Shown here one piece after another: positions 50,280 through 64,000 of a DNA stretch of 64,000 nt (its first letter is position 1; every line of letters begins with the position of its first letter). The stretch is taken from assembly GCF_009914755.1 (NCBI RefSeq), contig NC_060928.1. The stretch is one strand, 5' to 3'. Source of the stretch: the human T2T-CHM13v2.0 reference genome, Homo sapiens. The notes beneath the pieces are model-generated. The model was not told where the DNA came from. It saw nothing but the letters and a program-made list of their open reading frames with translations, and did not search any database. The position numbers and the translations under genes are program-made.

Positions 50280-52014
50280 TTAAAACCTCTTACCATCTGC
50301 TGACTTGATGAAATGACTTGGTGTCAAGCCAGCAGCAGACAGGTGCCTCTGTGCCACCATGTATTGACTTGGCCATTGTCATTAACAGGCAGTTTTAAGC
50401 ATAGTGGCCCAGCACTGAGACCCAGCATGGCCTCTGAGCCATGCAGATGTTCCCTTTCCTGGGTGGGACCTCCAAGCCTTGGGAAGAATTGGACTGAGTA
50501 TCAGTGGAGAGGGCCTTCCAGAGCTGTCATTCCCAACCAGTGCTCAATTCCTTCTGGAGGCACATTTCCATACACACCCAGCATTGCTGATGAGATAGGT
50601 TACTGTCCTAGAGTGTGAGCTGTGCAAGGGTGAGAAATGGTTAAACAAGGCACAAAAGCTACGCAAGACTGTACCAAGCTTAGGTTAACAGATATTTTCA
50701 TATGTCCACAAAGCCATTTTACACAAAAAGATCATTCTCCCTTATGTAAATCAACACCCTTTCAAAATGGAAAAACATGAAATAAGAAGGAATCACAATA
50801 GGTTGAATATACTCTGAGCTGTGGTTTTCTATGTGCAGATGCCTGTCGTGAGTAGCTTGTAAAGTCAGCCACCGTGACCGTTCATGCATAGGCTTTGCTG
50901 ATTTTACAAATACATAGTAATGCAGCCGCCTCTCCAAGGGCAGGCTGCAGCCTGACGTTTGCACAGCCAGCAGAAATAATTTCTTGTGGGAGATAGAATT
51001 TCGTCGTTTAGCAATATTCCATCAAAGGAAGCTGCACCCTCAGCCACACACGCTGTCTATTTCAGGGGAGTTGGCTGCCCTTCCCCTGGCTGCTTCCCTT
51101 CTAATTAATAGGCAGCCAGCAGGTAAATCAATGCATTTTACACAGGATGGCAGAGTAGATTCTGGAGATCTCTATGTTAGGAATATTTATCATGTGAGGC
51201 AGCCATAAGGTTTTAAAACATATGTGTTGGTTTTTCTTGATTATTGAAGTAAATCATGTTCAAGAAAGAAATGTTGAAAAATAAGAAATCTTGAAAAAAA
51301 TCATTCTTAATTCAGTCATTCAGATAACCATTCTAACATTGTAGTGTACTTTGTACCATTTTTTTTTACACTATTGGCATTATAACATGAAATCAGTTTG
51401 CCCTTCTGCTTTCTTATGTAAAATTATCTTGTACATGCTGGACATTTAGTTGCTCCTTTTTGTGATTATAAATAATGTTCCAGTGAATATTCTTCTATGC
51501 AATGTTTAGTCTATATCTCTGATTATTTCTTTAAGGCAGATTTCAGGAGGTAGGATTTCTAGATCAAAAGACGTAAATAAATAAATAAACAGTGTAGCAT
51601 TTAAACAAAGATTTTCTGGGTTCATTGGAAAACACACTGCTGGGCTTACTGGTTGTATACCGCTGTTTCTGGGTAAGAAAAAACACTGCCATCAGCTTTC
51701 CTCATACCAACTCTTCTTAACACTAAGGTAGCTGGTTTGATGCTTTCTCTAGTGGGGAGACGATGGGATGAAGGGACCCATGCTGTCCAGCTTCCTCTTG
51801 TTCCTTCTGATCTTCTTCCTCACATCTCTACCCTGTTCTGTGCCCTGGATGCTGATCTTTGTGAAATACATTAACGGGCTCCCTTTGCTGATGCAGCTCA
51901 GTCAGTTTCAACCAACGGGAGACTCTGGCTGTGGATTGGAGGGTGGGAGGATGAAGAAAAAGGGACTTTATTCCTCAGGTGCTCCCTGAAGAATTGTTGT
52001 GGGTTGTCTGCATC

Positions 52015-52510
52015 TTTTTCTTTTCTTATCTGCATTTTTTTGGTGTCATGAAATATACATAATATTTAACATCTTAACCGTTTTTAGATGTACAAATCAC
52101 AATGTCAAGCAACCATCACTACTACCCATTTCCCAAACCTTTCATCATCCCCAATAGAAATCCATACCCACTAAACAATAACTGCCCATTATCCACCCTC
52201 CTCCCAGCTCCCGGTAACCTTTATTCTATTTTCTGTGTCTATGAATTTGACTTTTCTGCGTACCTCATATAAGTGGGGAATCATATAACATTTGTCCTTT
52301 TACGTCTGGCTTATTTCATTTAGCATAATGTTTTCAAGGTTTAACCATGTTGTCATATACAGGAGGATTTCCTTCCTTTTTAAGGCCGAATAATATATTA
52401 TTGTATGTATATATGCCACATTTTGTTTCTCCATTCATCTATTGATGGATTTGGGTTGTTTCCACCTTTTGGCTATTGTGAATGATGCTGCTATAAATGT
52501 TGATGTACAA
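52015..52510 (-). mobile_element. L1MA/MB 3' end inserted into an older ERVL-type LTR (~51750-52780)
   Basis: ctggcttatttcatttagcataatgttttcaagg motif; CTGCATC(C/T)TTT on both flanks. Confidence 0.8.
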
Positions 52511-53087
52511 TGCCTGCATCCTTTTACGAGGCCAGAAATCCTGCCAGGTGGCCCTGTCCATTCAGCTACCCTGTGTTTGTTCCAATAACTGCTCCTTTTC
52601 CTTGGCCCTTTGGGCCTAAAGCGGTGGTGGCCCCCTACTGTTTCTTATCCTGGAAGATGGCATCATCCCTTGTGGGTTTCTCTACACCCTATCCATGACT
52701 TTGTACGTCTTCTCTATTAATTTCTTCAAATTACCCAGTTTGAGTATGCCATCTATTCTCTGCCAGGATTCTGACTTTCACAGAAATTTTGCTGTAAACT
52801 GTCTTCACTTTAGACCTCTCAAGATGTACCTGAGTATATGGCCAATGCATCCCATCAGTAGATCCTGACAAACATCTGGAACTTCAAAATAATACCAATG
52901 CTCAGGCCTCTTTCCACTGCCATTGATTCAAAATATCTAGTGCTACGACCTGGAAAATTTTCATTATAAAGATGTTTCTCAGCGATTCTAATGCTGGGAA
53001 GTTCTAACATGAGTCCCTGCCATTTCAACTCTTGTTGCAGCCCTGACCTGAGACGTAGTTCTAGGTCTATTTTAAGAACTTAGGCCA

Positions 53088-53517
53088 ATTATCCTAAGTG
53101 AATTAATGCAGAAACAGAAAACCGAATACCCCATGTTTTTGCTTATAAGTGGGAGCTAAACATGGACACGAAGATGGAAACAATAAACACTGGAGATTCC
53201 AAAAGCCAGGAGGGAGTGAGAGGGATAAGAGTTAAAAAACCACCTATCGGTTACCACGTTCACTGCTTGAGCAATGGGATCATTAGAAGCCCAAACTTCA
53301 GCATCCCCATGTAACAAACCTGCACATGTGCCTCCTGAATCTAAAATTAAAAAATGAAAATGCCCGGCTGCAGTGGCTCACGCCTGTAATCCCAGCACTT
53401 TGGGAGGCCGAGGCAAGCAGATCACTTGAGGTCAGGAGTTCAAGATGGCCAACATGGTGGAACTTCATCTCTACTAAAAATACAAAATTAATTAATTAAT
53501 TAATTAAAATATAAAAG
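53088..53517 (+). mobile_element. L1P 3' fragment (~53088-53360) plus Alu left arm (~53362-53490) inside one TSD pair
   Basis: cttataagtgggagctaaac L1 motif; AAGAA(C/T)TTAGGCCA at 53074-53087 and 53518-53531. Confidence 0.85.
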
Positions 53518-54570
53518 AAGAATTTAGGCCAGCATTTCTGAACTAAAATAGTCAAGGTGAAAGTATTTGAAAATTAATCACACTTTATTCACATGCACAT
53601 TCTAAATTCACTTTGTTTCATATGGGGTTGTCTTCAAAATGATCAAGCTGTTAGGAAGAACAAAGAATTACTTTCATACCTGGAGATTGTCTTCTAAGCT
53701 GCCAAAATCTTGTCCATTGTTCTCTAGGCACCGTCTTACTGTGTACCAGATTTTTTATGATTATGATTCTATGGTAGCAGTAAAGTGCTAAGTCTGAGGA
53801 GATACCAGCATGCAACCTACATACTTCTAAAGGTTGCTTAACTAACAATACTTCTTGTGCATATCTCCCAAGGTGTACAAATACAGCTGTCCTGAAGTAG
53901 AATGTCAAAAGCCACACTAGATAGCATTTCCATTCCTTTCTGGCAAACTGGCTGCAAATTTGAATAGTATTCAGAGATGAGTGGGGAGCTGAAAGGCGAT
54001 ATAAAAAAACAGACTTTACCTCAATATTTTGCCAAAGGCAACTTAATTCAGAGTATTACATAATTGTTTGCTTATTACTTCATTTTCATTATCAACCCTG
54101 GGAGGTGGTAGATTTGAGTAATTCATTTAACTTCACTGATCTTCAATTTCTTCATCTTCAAAAAAGAGAGACAGACAGAAAATATTTTGCTGTACAAAAA
54201 AGCATCCAAGATCTTATCAAATTAAAAATTCTTGGTTCATGATTTCTATATTGCAAATGAGGAAATGAGGTGCAAAGGCGTTTAAATGCCGACTCCAAGT
54301 TCAAAAAGTGATATTACAGCAGGATTAAGCTCAAATCGAAGCCTCCTGGTTCCTAGCATAGTACGTAGGCCAAAACAAAGCCAGTCAGAAGGTTAAGGGG
54401 AATTTAATTGGCAATAAAATACATCAACAGCAAAAAGGGAGAGGAAGCAAGTAAACAAGAACTGATGCTGTAAATACTGGCCTTGCCGCATCACTGGCTA
54501 GACAGAGCAGGAGTGTGGTTGCCATGGTTAATGCAACCACTGAGTCCTGAGGTTTTTAAAAAATATTGCA

Positions 54571-54887
54571 GATCAGGTGCAGTGGCTCATGCCTGTAATC
54601 CCAGCACTTTGGGAGACCGAGGTGGACAGATTGCCTGAGTTCAGGAGTTCAAGACCAGCCTGGGCAACATGACAAAACTCTGTCTCCACAAAAAATACAA
54701 AAATTAACCGGGCATGGTGGTACATGCCTGTAGTCCCAGCTACTAGGGAGGCTGAGGCACGAGAATCACTTGAACCCGGGAGGCAGAGGTTGCACTGAGC
54801 TGAGATCATGCCACTGCATCCTGGACAGGGTGACAGGGTAAGAGACCCTGCCTCCAAAAGAAAAAAAAAAAAAAGAAAAAGCAAAAA
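54571..54887 (+). mobile_element. Alu SINE
   Basis: Dimeric Alu. Confidence 0.93.
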
Positions 54888-55161
54888 ATGTTAAATATCT
54901 CTAACCTTAAGTGAACTGGATGGGAGGTGTTAAAAATGGCCAAGAGGCCCTTGTCTGATTCACTGTGGCATTCATTCAGTTCAGGACAGCCACTAGAAAT
55001 AAGCCATGGCTCTAGATGCAATCTGAGTTGCTCCAAGGCCAGATGTGAATTATTCACAGGGCTAAAAAGTGTCCCTTCTGCAGCTTGATGAATCGTTCCA
55101 AACTTAACAAACCTCTTTTGTCCTCTCATTTATAATATAAGAAGTTGAATTACTAAGTTTC

Positions 55162-55320
55162 TTTTCCCTTTTTTTTTTTTAAATGAGATGGAGTTGTGGT
55201 GGTGGGGGGGGGTCTCATTATGTTGCCCAGGCTGGTCTCAAACTCCTGGGCTCAAGTGCTTCTCCTGTCTCAGTTTCCCAAAGTGCTGGGATTACAGGTG
55301 TGAGCCACCAGTGCATGGCC
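55162..55320 (-). mobile_element. Alu left monomer (FLAM-like)
   Basis: TSD GAAT(T/C)ACTAAGTTTC. Confidence 0.88.
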
Positions 55321-55608
55321 CAGAATCACTAAGTTTCCTTGCTGCTTCTTAACTTAAAAGATCAATAACTTTCATTTTCTAAGCATCTTTTTTGAGTCTG
55401 CAAGAGGCTGCCTTACAGTTAACAAAATTGCTCTCATAAAAACTCAGACCATGAACTGTTGGTAAATTGAGTTTTTAATGTAATATTTAAATGTAATCAT
55501 ATTTGGGAATATCATATTTATCATTTGAAGAACTCGCTCCTAAAACACTATCATAATCACTATAGCAAGTTGCTGTTTTTAACCAGAAGTGGTTAAGAGA
55601 GATAAATG

Positions 55609-55909
<301 letters not shown>

Positions 55910-55955
55910 TTATTTTCAGCACATAACTTGTGTTTACTTTAAAAATCAGAAATAG

Positions 55956-56275
55956 GGCCAGCAAGGTGGCTCACACCTGTAATCCCAGCACTTTGGGAGG
56001 CTAAGTCAGGTGGATTACTTGAAGTCAGGAGTTGGAGAACAGCCTGGCCAAGATAGTGAAACTCCATCTCTACTAAAAATTTAAAAATTAGCCAGGTGTG
56101 GTGGCGTGTGCCTGTAGCCCCAGCAACTTGGGAGGCTGAGGCAAGAGAATCACTTGAACCCTGGGGGCAGAGGCTGCAGTCAGCTGAGATTGCATCACTG
56201 TGCTCCAGCCTGGGCAACAGAGCAAGACTGACCCCCCAAAAAAATAAAAATTAAAATTAAAAATAAAGAAAATAA
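55956..56275 (+). mobile_element. Alu SINE (AluS-like)
   Basis: TSD AAAAAT(C/T)AGAAATA. Confidence 0.93.
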
Positions 56276-56878
56276 AAATTAGAAATACGTTTCTACTGGG
56301 GGGATAAAAAACCCCAGAAAACTTCTGTTGCTCATAGGCACTGGTTTAAGAAGGTGAATTGCAGGTTGTCCCAAATACAAAAACATACTTTCACTTCTGC
56401 AGCTTGTGCAGCCTTTGACCAGCACTGATATGTAACTAAATTTGAAATAATTTTGACACGCCACACCCTAGCATTAACTGTTGGAGCCACTGGCACTGGC
56501 AGGAACTAGAAGGCAGTGCCGCCAAGCCCTAACATTTTTGGCTGTGAAGACAAGATAAAATAAAGCATGTATGCTCAGGACAGCTTCCTGGAAGCCAGGT
56601 GTTAGCTTTTTCCTGCCAGTGTCATTGTCAAGTTCACTTTCTGAGTGTTTTGGGCTAATTGGATAGCACCGTGAGCCCACTGACGCCTTATGTCTTCACA
56701 CCGCAATGAATACATGAAAAAAGAATTGGACATTCCTAATACTCCTCAATAATTTTAGTTCCTTTTGTTCTCTAGTCACCTTTTTAAAGAAACATCTTTT
56801 TCATTATAGCAGTGAGGAAATGGCTCATTGAGATATGAACAAACCTACGCTGACAAATCCCTACAAGAGGATGAATGG

Positions 56879-57205
56879 GGCCAGGCACAGCGGCTCGTGC
56901 CTCTTAACACACTGAACCTGGTAAATCCCAGCACTTTGGGAAGCTGAGGTTGGCAGATCACTAGAGGTCAGGAGTTTGAGACCAGCCTGGACAACATGTT
57001 GAAACCTTGTCTCTACTAAAAATACAAAAATTAGCCAGGCGCGTAATTAGCATGCCTGTAATCCCAGCTACTCAGGAGGCTGAGGCAGGAGAATGGCTTG
57101 AACCCAGGAGGTGGAGGTTATAGTGAGCCGAGATCATGCCACTGCATTCCAGCCTGGGTGACAGAGCAAGACTCTGTCTCAAAAAACAAACAAACAAACA
57201 AAAAA
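56879..57205 (+). mobile_element. Alu SINE with a ~20-bp templated insertion near its 5' end
   Basis: Dimeric Alu, (CAAA)n tail, TSD remnant AGGATGAA. Confidence 0.93.
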
Positions 57206-57401
57206 CAGGATGAAAGGTGATGAGCACCACCTTGCTGATGAGATGGTAAGAGACTGCTTCCTCCATGGTAGATAGGAAGGATGGGCCTGAGGGTCTCAGG
57301 GGTGATGCCAGGTTTATTGTGTTGGATCACGATGTGGGCTCCTGTTGAGAGCATGTGGTGAGACTACACTCTTGAGGTCAGAGAGAGGAATTTTCTCAAT
57401 G

Positions 57402-57404
<3 letters not shown>

Positions 57405-57436
<32 letters not shown>

Positions 57437-57439
57437 TGT
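57405..57439. repeat. (TG)n microsatellite
   Basis: Seen directly. Confidence 0.95.
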
Positions 57440-58298
57440 ATTGGGGGGATCATCCCAGGGAAAAGGCTGGCCTTCAGTAGAGGACCAGAAATTCGAGGGC
57501 AGGCAGGCGAACAGCACCAGCAGCCCTTCTTCTCATACCCTTCCCTTACTCTTCAGGCCAGGATTTAGAAGTAATTTTTTTGACCCCATCCCTCTGGGGA
57601 AGGGAATAAGACAGACTCCATTGCAGAGGTAGCCCAGGAGCAAGATGTCAGGGAACCTCTCTCTGAGAGCCAGAGGAGGTGGTGACCTGTTGTTACTCTG
57701 AGTTTCTATTCAGTCTTGCTTTAAGGATTTCAGCTCAGTTACGGTTGTGCTGTGAAGAATGAAAGGTAGAGTTGTGTGTCTTCACCAGGTTCAGTGTGTT
57801 ACGAGGGTGAGCTTCAGTCTCAAGTGGGACCGTCTCAAGGGATGGTGAACGTCAGGGAGCAGAGGGGAGGCATCTGGCTTTTCCCTCTGTTGATAACCTT
57901 GAGACAGTTTGCAGAGCAGGTGGGCATGGGACACTTGAGCCAGACTGTGTAGATTTATGTCTCTTTCCCCTTACCTACTACTTGCTGACCTTGGGCAGGT
58001 CACACAGCCTCTCTGGGCCTCCATTTTATTGTCTGTGAAAGTGGCATAATAAGTAACAGGTCGATTGTGAGAATTAAAGGAGTTTATTTGGTAACCTATA
58101 CTGCTGTGTAGTGTTGGCTTGTATTTTAAGATGAAGAATGCTGGTGATTTCCTTACAATAGGATTCGCAGGAACACTGGTGAAGGGTGAGCAGCTGTGAA
58201 AGCAAAGCCAAAGAAGAGGAAGGGTGGGAAGAAGATCAGAGAAAAGGAAGATGTGGCTGCCCATGGCAATGGGTGGGAAAAGGTTAAAAAGGACACAC

Positions 58299-58628
58299 TG
58301 GCAGGGCACGGTGGCTCACGCCTGTAATCCCAGCACTTTGGGAAGCCGAGGCAGGTGGATCATGAGGTCAGAAGATCAAGACCATCCTGGCCAACATGGT
58401 GAAACCCCATCTCTACTAAAAATACAAAAAAATTAGCTGGGCATGGTGGCGCGTGACTGTAGTCCCAGCTACTTGGGAGGCTAAGGCAGGAGAATCACGC
58501 TTGAACCTGGGAGGCAGAGGTTGCGGTGAGCCAAGATTGCACCACTGTACTCCAGCCTGGCAACAGAGTGAGACTCTGTCTCAAAAATAAACAAACAAAC
58601 AAACAAACAAACAAACAAACATAAATAA
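58299..58628 (+). mobile_element. AluSc-like element
   Basis: TSD AAAAGGACAC; (CAAA)n tail. Confidence 0.93.
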
Positions 58629-58994
58629 AAAGGACACCCTAAGGGGCCACCTCTGGGGGAAATGTCATGGCATCCTTGTTTCTGCCCAGTGGGGAAAAGG
58701 GCAGGATGGGCTTTCAGCTTGGACTGCAGTATTCCCACTAAACAGAGCAGAGGATAACTCTTCTCCTTTGCCACAAAAAGAAGCCCAGAGGGGTTGAGCA
58801 AGAGTGCCAAGGTTGGAGGGTCAAGCCTGTAGAAATGGAGACTCTGTTCCTAGAGTGAGAACAACTAGCAGCAGGCAATTTCCCCAACATGTCACAGGAA
58901 GCATCTCTTTCAAGTAATACAGTTTACATAATTTCAAGGTCCATGAGGCATCCCAGCAAAGCCTGGCTTGGAAAAAGAACACCCAGATAATAAG

Positions 58995-59442
58995 TGTAGT
59001 GGGTTGAACTATGGCCCCCTACAAATACGTCCAAGTGCTCAGCCGTGGTACCTGTACATATGACCTTATTTGGAAAAATGGTCTTTGCAGATATAATTCA
59101 ATTAAGGATCTTGAGGTGAGATTATTCTTACCTCATTAACCAGGTGGACCCTAAATCCAAAGGCAAATGTCTTTGTAAGAAGAGGAGAAGACACAGAGAT
59201 ACAGAGAGAAGACCCTGTGGAGATGGATGTGGAGACTGGAGTGATGCAGGCACAAGCCAAGGAATGCCAAGATTGCCTGCAGCTGCTAGAGGCTGGGAGG
59301 GAGGCCTGGAACAGAGAGGGAACCCCTACCGATGTGTGGATTTTGGACTTCAGCCTCCAGAACTGTGAGAGGATATATGTATTTTTTTAATGGTGCCCAG
59401 TTGGTGGGTAATTTGTGATGGCAGCCCTAGGAAACTGACAGA
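58995..59442 (+). mobile_element. MaLR solo LTR (MLT1C/D-like)
   Basis: tgtagtgggttgaa start; caagccaaggaatgccaagattgcc; cagcctccagaactgtgag. Confidence 0.85.
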
Positions 59443-59562
59443 GTAGGGGCCCAGCAGACCTTGTATGTCACATGAAAAGCACAGATGAGAACCAGACTCC
59501 CCTGATAACTAAGGGTTTTCATCAGTTCCTTTGGGAGTTGCCACACCAGATATCCTTTAGAG

Positions 59563-59886
59563 CAGGGGTCCCAAACCCTCGCCAGGTACCAGTCTGTGGC
59601 CTGCAGGGAACTGGGCCTCACAGTAGGAGCGGTGGGGGAGTGAGCATTACCACCTGAGCTCTGCCTCCTGCCAGATCAGAGCTGCAATAGAGTCTCATAA
59701 GAGCATGACCCCTACTGTGAATTGCACATGCAAGAGATCTAGGTTGAGCACTCCTTATGAGAATCTAATGCCTGATGATCTGAAGTGGAACAATTTCATC
59801 CCAAAACTATCCGTGCCCCTCTGCCTCGTGGAAAAATTGCCTTCCATGAAACCAGTCCCTGATACCAAAAAGGCCATGGACTGCTG
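59563..59886 (+). mobile_element. MER1B-like hAT-Charlie element
   Basis: CAGGGGTCCC start; ctccttatgagaatctaatgcctgatgatctg core; perfect 8-bp TSD CTTTAGAG. Confidence 0.9.
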
Positions 59887-62684
59887 CTTTAGAGTCTGGG
59901 TTTAAGGTCACTCTATTGTGAAATACAGAAAGTTTTCATTCCACGGGGAGGGTTGGTTTATTTGAATCCACTCCTGTTACACTCCGGGAATCCTGAGTGG
60001 GAAAGCGCTCGGGATATAGACATTCCTTTCTAACTCCTGCCAGGCAAACAGCCCATGGGAGAAGCTGCTGCCTAGCGATTCTGGCTTGTTTCTGGCTGCT
60101 CCCTACTATTTGCAGAAGACTCTACTAATGGAAAGTTCCGGCGCAGATAGGCCTCTTAACACGACAGGTTTCCTATCAAGGAAAGGGAGCAGCTTGCCCT
60201 TCTAGATCTGGGCTGCAGTCATTATTTCTGCTCTAAGCAAACACCCATCTCTCCCCCAAACTGCCTTTCAGTGGGCTTCCTAGAAACACCTATGAAATGG
60301 TTTCTCCTGTAGTCAGAGAAGGCTGGGAAGCCTGCATTCCTGAGGGGAGGGCCCCTGCAATGCAGTTTGGTAAGCACCTTGATGGCAGGAACCCTGCCCT
60401 ATGCTCTGCCCTGTCTCCAGGGCTCTCCAGGCACCCAGCACACAGTTCAGGTTCAGGGCGCACCTGTGGAGCCCTTTTCTCCAGGTGCCAATGAGAATTT
60501 CCACAGGAGCCAACTCCAACAGTAGGGTGGAGGGCTCCTGTGGTGAGATTAGGGTTTGCACAGACCAGCTCTGGGGCAGACGCTTGAGGGAGGGGATTGC
60601 ATAAAAAACTGCATCCCCATCTGTTTCTGCTGCCCTTTCCACGCCAAACTTTAAGCCTCTATAAGAGAATTACCTAGCTGGCCACAGAGAGGAAGGACAG
60701 AGAGCCCGGCGCAGGTCCTCTGTCCATGAAAACATAGGTGCCAGCTTCCAACATGAAGGATGGCCCATCACTAGATGGATGCAAAGATGACATTCGGAGC
60801 CACTCCATTTTCAAATGGGCAAAAGCAAAGCAACGGCCCTTCCTTTTCATCTGGCAGGGTATTTTCTTCACGCAGCAGCACTTAGCAACGGCTTCATCCC
60901 TCCTGATTAGTGCTGCCATTAGAGAAATGATTCCTCAGCACAGTGAGTCATCTCAGAGCCTGACAACTGTAACCATTCCAGATGGTGAGAACATCAGTGA
61001 CCATAATGGCCCTTCCTGTCAGTGTTTGCTGCGGATTGTTCTCGGAACCGCAGGGGACAGACACAGGCTTATAGCCTGTAGAGATTTACAAGGGGTGACT
61101 GCAAAGTGATGACACTGACTCCATGAGCCACATGTGGAAGTCAGTCGCCTTTTCTGTATAGTCACAGTTTTCATGAGGGGGCAGAACACAACATCAACTG
61201 GGAGAGGCAAAGAATGAAAAGATGCATGCGACCCAGCAGAACGCCAGGCAAGAAATCAGAAACAGGTGCTCAGACGGTCTCTGGGACAGGGCTGTCAACA
61301 TGAGGGCTCTTTGCAGGCTTTTTTCATAGACAGACTTGCAGGCCTCAGAGGAAAAGAGAGGCATCCAAGATGTGTGCCTTTCAGTGTGAAGGGATAAAAA
61401 AAAAAGAAGCAATCTGTGGTTACTCATGTAGACAGCAAAAAGTCCAACATCTTGGCATTTCAGATTTTCAGGGAAAGATATGCCAAGTTAAAGAAAAATA
61501 AAGCCAGTTTTTAGAATTTGTGGAAATGACTTCATGAAGCTGGTTAAATTAAGCAATTCCCCCCCACCTGAATTTCTGGCTCCTTGGGAGAGCTGGAAGA
61601 ACGTTCTAAGCACAGCTGAATTTATTTTACCAATTTTCAGGCTTACGTTATAAAAAATGGTACAGGCGAAACCTCATCATCATTATGGCAAAGTGAAGTG
61701 CTCATTTCACAATTGGTTGTTTAAAGTTAATACTAAATCAACTGAGCAGCCACTATAAAGATGAGGCATTGGCTTAATTCCTTGTTGTTACAGAGATAGC
61801 AGCTGAGTTAATATATACATGGAGATGCTGGCAGACGGTTCCTTTTGGTAATAATATTCAGTTTTATGAATGGCTCATTTATTTTTTATGCATTCCTCTT
61901 TAGCCCTGCCCTCATTTCTCCCCTCCGTACTAAGTCTGGGTCCCAGGACTCTGAAGGTGGAAGAGGAACGATGGCGCTGCATGCTAATGGGGAGGAGGCT
62001 GCCACCCAGGACAGCTCCAAAGCAGTGAAAAATGAGGAGAAAAAAAGATGAGGAAAACAACTCAGTGGCAGAAATTGGGTGCCAGTCAGCTGGTTATTTA
62101 CTGAGTCTACGCCCAGTGTGTCTTCGTAGGTGTGTTTGTTTCAAATCCAGGCAGTGACGCATGGTTACAGTGAAGATCTGCCTGCTCACCTCCTGCAGGG
62201 GAACTTAATATGCACAAGGCGTTTTATCTCTTTCATCTAATCAACTGAAGAACGAGAGGAGCATACTCTCATTTGAGGTACAACCCTCAAAGAAAAATGC
62301 ATCAGACCTTTGTCTTCAAAGTCACTGGGGCAGGATGGAGAGAGGCTGTCAATTGCTCCAGCTTTTCTTGCAGCTGCCCCTATGTTTACAGCAGAGCCCT
62401 GAAGGGTCTGATCGACACTGTTAAGCAGTTTCTGTGTTTTGTCTGCCCACCAGGCTATTCGCTTTCCCAGAGTGTCAGTGTTTACCAGCACTTCAGCAGG
62501 AGGGCACTGGGTCTGCCCCTGGTTATCCCCCAGAACATTCCTTCCTCTCTGCTTGGCTCTCCCTCCGCATAGTCGTCCTGTGGAACACAGATGCCAATGG
62601 GAACACCGGAAAAGGGATGGTTAAGGAGCTCTTTGGGCTCACAGGCCACAGCTGCAGGAGAGCTGAGACTCCTCAAACAGATGA

Positions 62685-62906
62685 GAGGCAGTCGAGCAAA
62701 GTGGTTAAGAACTTCAGCTGCGGAGGCAAACTGCCTTGCCTGGAATCCTGGGTCTCTGCTGACTAGATGTGTGACCCTCAGCAAGTTGCTTAACCTCTTT
62801 GTGCCCCGGTTTCTGGGAGATGAATATAATAATAGTATTTCTCTCATAGGCTTGTTGTGAGGTTTAAATGAGTTAATGCAGGTAAATTACTTAGAACGTT
62901 ACCTGG
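62685..62906 (+). mobile_element. MIR SINE
   Basis: tgtgaccctcagcaagttgcttaacctctttgtgcccc...gttgtgaggtttaaatgagttaat. Confidence 0.85.
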
Positions 62907-63875
<969 letters not shown>

Positions 63876-64000
63876 AATGGCACAAAGTTTTACCTACTGT
63901 TATTATCTCAGCTTCCCCTATCAGGCAGTTCCTGATTTAAACACCAAGAAATGCCCACTTGTACTTATCACCCTAAACTTCACCAGCAGTAAGAAGACCC

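Overview
Primate (almost certainly human or great-ape) non-coding genomic DNA, about half of it interspersed repeats: ~35 Alu elements or fragments, MaLR/ERVL LTRs (MLT1, MLT2A, MST), old L1M/L2/MIR fragments and hAT/Tc-mariner MITEs. I see no intact protein-coding exon. The only protein-derived sequence is a full-length, Alu-interrupted RPS3A processed pseudogene (6392-7548, minus strand). Two things stand out. First, at least five short segments (26-155 bp) have a second copy 0.9-1.7 kb away; four are inserted into a repeat element, two of them inverted with junction microhomology, which is the signature of templated-insertion break repair. Second, a 1.2-kb SATR-type array of 63-bp units is built from alternating inverted heptamers and contains local flip/flop inversions and a fold-back end. 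Repeat family names come from my recollection of consensus sequences, not from a search, and need RepeatMasker/Dfam confirmation. I cannot support a new gene system here.
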